DNA from: an uncultured Bacteroides sp. | GTDB lineage: Bacteria; Bacteroidota; Bacteroidia; Bacteroidales; Muribaculaceae | Length of the DNA: 64,000 nucleotides | NCBI GenBank assembly: GCA_964486445.1 | Contig: CAZAME010000002.1 | Span: forward strand, 897 to 64,896 | Reading direction: 5' to 3' | Part shown: positions 60,220-64,000 of the stretch, piece by piece | Layout of the letters: every line of letters begins with the position of its first letter | How positions within the stretch are numbered: the stretch's first letter is position 1 | The notes under the pieces: model-generated | What the model was told of the DNA's origin: nothing | Database searches by the model: none | Seen by the model: only the letters and a program-made list of their open reading frames with translations | Made by a program: the position numbers and the translations under genes

Positions 60220-61218
60220 ATGATAAGAAAGATATCAATTACGGTGATTTTTGCTTCTGCCTTAGCGATTATTTCGGCTTGTTCCGGCAATCACACGCCC
60301 GATGTTTCATCTGTTGACTCTGATGTGCGCCTTGTGCGCCTCGACAGCGTTATTTATTCCGGGGCAGTCACGGATAGTGCTTATTATCAGGCTGCCGGGG
60401 CAGTCCTTCATATCATGGGATATGACGGAGAATTGACCGACAGTATTATGCATGCCTATTCTGCTTCCCCGGCTGTGAGGATATTCACACCCGACGTTGC
60501 TGAGCGCTTCACCGACTTGACTGCAACCGAAATTGCCTTGAGCGAACTCGAGGTTGGCATTGATCAGGTCTTGCCTTCACTTGGCTCTCACCGTTACTAT
60601 ACCATAGTATCACCATATAGTCAGAGCGTATATATTTACTCCGACAGTCTTGTATTTGTGGCGCTAAACCACTATTTAGGGAGCGATTATGCCGGCTATC
60701 GCGGGCGTTTTGCCGACTATGAGACTGCCTTAAAGGAGCCTTCGCGCATTGGCGCCGATGTGGCGCGGGCCCTTGTGTACACAGGTTTCCCTGCCCGCTA
60801 TGAGGCCGACAATGCGCCGACTCTTGTCTCGCGCATGATCTATGAGGGTGCTGTTGCTGTCGCCCTTGAGCACCTTATGCCATCACTCACCACCGCACAA
60901 CGTCTTGGAGTCACTGATGAGCAGTGGCAGCAACTTCAGCAGCAGGAGTCGCAGCTGTGGCAGGCACTCCTTGGGAGGCAGTTGCTATACTCCACCTCCG
61001 AGGCCGATGCTGTGCGCCTTCTTTCTCCGGCCCCTGCCTCATCGGTGCTGTATGCCGGCGCTCCACCCATGGCCGGGCGCTTCATTGGCATGCGCATTGT
61101 CGAGTCTTATCTTAAGGCTCACCCCGATACTAAGGTCAAAGACCTGCTTGACAGCAACTTCTATGCCAGCGACCGCACCTTGGCACTCTCTGGCTACAAA
61201 GGCGCCTCGGTTAACTAA
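60220..61218 (+). CDS. GldB-like lipoprotein
   Basis: Lipobox ISAC, FVALNHYLG.DY..Y, L..MIYEG, G.FIGMRIVESY and a terminal SGYK. Confidence 0.75.
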   Translation: MIRKISITVIFASALAIISACSGNHTPDVSSVDSDVRLVRLDSVIYSGAVTDSAYYQAAGAVLHIMGYDGELTDSIMHAYSASPAVRIFTPDVAERFTDLTATEIALSELEVGIDQVLPSLGSHRYYTIVSPYSQSVYIYSDSLVFVALNHYLGSDYAGYRGRFADYETALKEPSRIGADVARALVYTGFPARYEADNAPTLVSRMIYEGAVAVALEHLMPSLTTAQRLGVTDEQWQQLQQQESQLWQALLGRQLLYSTSEADAVRLLSPAPASSVLYAGAPPMAGRFIGMRIVESYLKAHPDTKVKDLLDSNFYASDRTLALSGYKGASVN

Positions 61219-61347
61219 ATTTAACTCAATCTAAGTGGCATAAACCCAGCGTAATAGCCGCGATGCACGGCTAATGATGTGAGAATCAGACTTATCATTT
61301 TGCTATGTCGCCGAAATTTGTTAATTTTGCAGTCGAATTAAGTTAAT

Positions 61348-61398
61348 GACGACCATAGAGATGGCGTCGAGCAGGCCGATAATCGGCCGGGCGGTGTC
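61348..61398 (+). ncRNA. Acido-Lenti-1-like structured RNA motif
   Basis: gacgaccatagagatggcgtcgagcaggccgataatcggccgggcggtgtc forms two hairpins joined by GAGCA and followed by GGGCGG. It resembles the Rfam Acido-Lenti-1 motif from memory. Promoter TAATTTTGC at 61322-61330. Confidence 0.6.
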
Positions 61399-61453
61399 GG
61401 GCGTTGGAAACGCGGAGGCACTTTGCCTTTAAGTCGAACTTAAATTATTGCAA

Positions 61454-61948
61454 ATGAAGAAAAATCTTATGATTGCTGCGCTGGTGGCGATTATGGTTGT
61501 AGCTTCATCAGCTGTTGGCAAGCGCTCTCCCCGCATTGTGCCCGGTGAGCAGTCGCCCGAGCTTGTGCTCGACGGCACCGACCATTCGGTTGCTTTGTCA
61601 GACTATCGCGGAAGCTATGTATTACTCTCGTTTTGGGCCTCGACCGATGCCCCTTCGCGAGTAGCAGTCAACAACTACGACACAGCGCTGCGGCATCGTG
61701 GCGGTAACACTTCAAAAAATGACATTGTTCATCTGTCGGTCAACTTCGACACGTCAAAAGACCTCTTTGAAGCCATTGTAAAAGCCGATAACCTCGATGC
61801 AAGCACACAATTTAATGCGAGCGGCAATTTCGCCAAAAGCATTATCGGCAACTTCGATCTCGAACACGGGTATGGATCATTGCTCATTGATCCTTATGGC
61901 AAGATAATCGCCGTCAATCCCGAAATCTCGAATTTGACTGCTATCTGA
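61454..61948 (+). CDS. Exported thioredoxin-fold (TlpA/redoxin-like) protein lacking CxxC
   Basis: LSDYRGSYVLLSFWASTDAPSR, with STDAPS in place of WCxxC, and LLIDPYGKIIA. Confidence 0.78.
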   Translation: MKKNLMIAALVAIMVVASSAVGKRSPRIVPGEQSPELVLDGTDHSVALSDYRGSYVLLSFWASTDAPSRVAVNNYDTALRHRGGNTSKNDIVHLSVNFDTSKDLFEAIVKADNLDASTQFNASGNFAKSIIGNFDLEHGYGSLLIDPYGKIIAVNPEISNLTAI

Positions 61949-61956
61949 TACAAAGC

Positions 61957-62003
61957 AGGGGAGTCCAAACCGCCACATAGCGCGGCCGACTTCCCCACTT
62001 TTT
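61957..62003 (+). terminator. Probable terminator
   Basis: ggggagtc...gacttcccc stem followed by T runs. Confidence 0.5.
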
Positions 62004-62060
62004 GTTTTATACCCCTTCTATTTTTCAATAAATTCCGCCCGCATCTCTTTTTCAACTACA

Positions 62061-62417
62061 TCAATTCTTCTTCTTTGGAGCGTATTTCTGTTTCACTATC
62101 TGATATGCTTGCTCTACTCTCGCATATATTTCGCTGTCGGGTATGTCGCCGTTGAAATGCAGGCCTATCCAATGTCTGAGACTTTGATTTATTGGGTTGC
62201 TCACTGAGGTATATTTCAGCCGTATTTGGTCTATATCTTCGGGTGTAGCCTTCACGTTGACGTATGTGAAGTCGTCGATGTCTATGAAGCAGAACATGTG
62301 GCCTATAACATAAAACACCAGAATTGAGTCATACTTTGCAGCAAACTTGCCGAAAGGCATCTTCTCTGTCACGCCTTCCATCGACATACAATATTCTCGG
62401 AAATCTTCTATATTCAT
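62061..62417 (-). CDS. MmcQ/YjbR family protein
   Basis: MNIEDFREYC...TEKMPF, F.V.G.MF, VNVK and HWI. Confidence 0.88.
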   Translation of the reverse strand: MNIEDFREYCMSMEGVTEKMPFGKFAAKYDSILVFYVIGHMFCFIDIDDFTYVNVKATPEDIDQIRLKYTSVSNPINQSLRHWIGLHFNGDIPDSEIYARVEQAYQIVKQKYAPKKKN

Positions 62418-62547
62418 GCGTTGGAGCTGTTTATTACTTTAGTGCGGTGTAGACCATTTGTGATATGTCGGCAATTATGCACGATGTAGCAGCCATATCG
62501 CCAGCTGAGTCTTCTATGAAAACAGCTAATCGCAACTATAAATTTAT

Positions 62548-63129
62548 TCATATCTTTGTTTTGCAAAAGCAACTATTGATATGATCGTCTATAAATCCTG
62601 TGGCCTGCAGAAAGGCATAGCATATCGTGGTGCCGAAGAATTTAAATCCACGCCGGCGCATGTCCTTGCTCATGGCGTCGGATACCGGCGATGATACTGC
62701 AATATCCTGCTGCTCAGCAACCGGGTTGATTATCGGCTTCCCGTCAGGAAGAAAGCCCATGACGTAGTTGTAAAACGAACCATACTCATCAACTATTTCA
62801 CAGAAATGTTGCGCGTTGCTTATGGCTGAGCGAATTTTCAGTCGGTTTTTCACGATTGAGTTGTCGCTCATGAGTCTGTCTACATCGGCCTCGGTCATGC
62901 AGGCTACGGCGTGTGGGTCGAAGTTATGAAATGCGCGTCTGTAACCTTCGCGTTTCCTCAGAATAGTTATCCAAGCCAGTCCGGCCTGGGCACTCTCGAG
63001 GGTGAGAAATTCGAATAGCACACGGTCGTCGCTCACCGGTTTACCCCATTCATGGTCGTGATATGATATATATAGCGGGTCGTTGCCACACCAGGCGCAC
63101 CGCTGTTTGCTGTCTGTGTCTACGGGCAT
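62548..63129 (-). CDS. tag: DNA-3-methyladenine glycosylase I
   Basis: RCAW, YHDHEWG, LESAQAGLAWITIL, GFKFFG and DHINSC. Confidence 0.95.
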   Translation of the reverse strand: MPVDTDSKQRCAWCGNDPLYISYHDHEWGKPVSDDRVLFEFLTLESAQAGLAWITILRKREGYRRAFHNFDPHAVACMTEADVDRLMSDNSIVKNRLKIRSAISNAQHFCEIVDEYGSFYNYVMGFLPDGKPIINPVAEQQDIAVSSPVSDAMSKDMRRRGFKFFGTTICYAFLQATGFIDDHINSCFCKTKI

Positions 63130-63284
63130 ATTCACTTTTTTTCTGCAAATATAATGGATAGTGCTGCTTTACACAAATATACATGCGAGCAGAATCAGAA
63201 AGCAGATTATGAATGGCCCTGCAGATGATGTGCCGATTGTGAACAACACGCACAACAGGGGCAAAAGGCAGACGATAATGTGCC

Positions 63285-63708
63285 TATATTTGCGAGGCTT
63301 CGGCATAGGCTCGATATATTGCCGACAGCCCCATGCCGGCATTTTTTGTAGCGTAGAAACGAAAGCGGGGGCCTCTTACCGGCTCGCTCCACACTCCGAG
63401 GTCTTAGGAAACCATTGCAGTTGAACGAGCAACGGTAAATGACCCCGCGAGGTGAGTATATACACTACATATCTGCATTGCTTCAGCTGATGACGCAAAA
63501 CAGAGATGTGCTGCATAAAGATCTACTCCCGGAGACATCTACTGTTGCCTTATTCCTGACTGCAATTCAAAAGTTCCTAAGTTTCGAAGTGTCAAGAAAT
63601 AAAGCGCAGCAAACGCCTTTCGTATTTATGTAAATAAACCGCCCCAATGCCCGCTGCGGCCTCTATTGTGCCGCATCACACATCGCGGGGTTCATCGATG
63701 CAAAGTTA
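63285..63708. ncRNA. Candidate structured/antisense RNA module between convergent promoters
   Basis: + promoter TATATTTGC (63285-63293), hairpin 63294-63332, T run, long hairpin 63365-63448 with its loop complementary to 63559-63592, and - promoter TAACTTTGC (63700-63708). Confidence 0.5.
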
Positions 63709-64000
63709 GTCATTTAATTGGACTACACAACCTGCATCGGTGTAAAATTCAGTGAAAATTCTTTATAACAACAATGCGCGCTCCTGCGCGACTGTTATGG
63801 GCGACGAATGACCCGAGAGAAGAACAGTGTCACTATAAATTGTTTTTGTGTGGAGCGACAACTTCAGATTATGCCCGCCGCAAGACACGGCGTATGGTGC
63901 GCCATTTCGGGAAGATCGCAAATGGGCGCACTTTATCATATATCAGAGCAATGGCTATTATCGATATTATGGCAACGATGAGCAGCCAGCCATAAATTTC

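Noticed and set aside
63294-63332. tmRNA (GGGGCTG on the minus strand)
   Set aside because: It pairs locally as a hairpin. There is no T-arm/CCA end or tag reading frame.
63774-63995. 73-aa ORF at the window end
   Set aside because: It has no recognisable motif, and its context is cut off by the window edge.

Overview
64 kb of a Bacteroidales chromosome, probably Muribaculaceae-like (inferred from gene content and the many TAnnTTTG -7 promoters). It is mostly housekeeping: recF (partial), ugd, a partial legionaminic-acid-type cluster, thioredoxin, a DUF3857/transglutaminase pair, dcp, two rhomboids, galE, an S41 protease, trkH/trkA, dxs, miaA, DPP-IV, a PEP/pyruvate-binding protein, a MATE transporter, an acyl-CoA ligase, tRNA-His, a MINPP-type phytase, dnaA, mlaD, an amidase, a GldB-like lipoprotein and tag. 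AT-rich accessory patches lie at about 37.5-39.0 kb, 41.6-46.1 kb and 50.7-51.2 kb. I found no integrase, transposase, reverse transcriptase or CRISPR array. The most interesting signals are: (1) a structured non-coding module at 63.3-63.7 kb whose hairpin loop is antisense to a downstream segment, between convergent promoters; (2) an AAA_14/DUF4143 ATPase gene bracketed by two copies of a 38-bp palindrome-derived site; (3) a coiled-coil protein with a SepF-like N-terminus and a terminal QLSLF clamp motif; (4) an unannotated 25-aa hydrophobic peptide gene with its own promoter; (5) tandem DUF1566/C-type-lectin-like paralogs, one fused to TonB_C; (6) a probably inactive glutaminase; and (7) an Acido-Lenti-1-like RNA upstream of a thioredoxin-fold gene that lacks CxxC. 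All family calls are from motif recognition by eye; no database searches were run.
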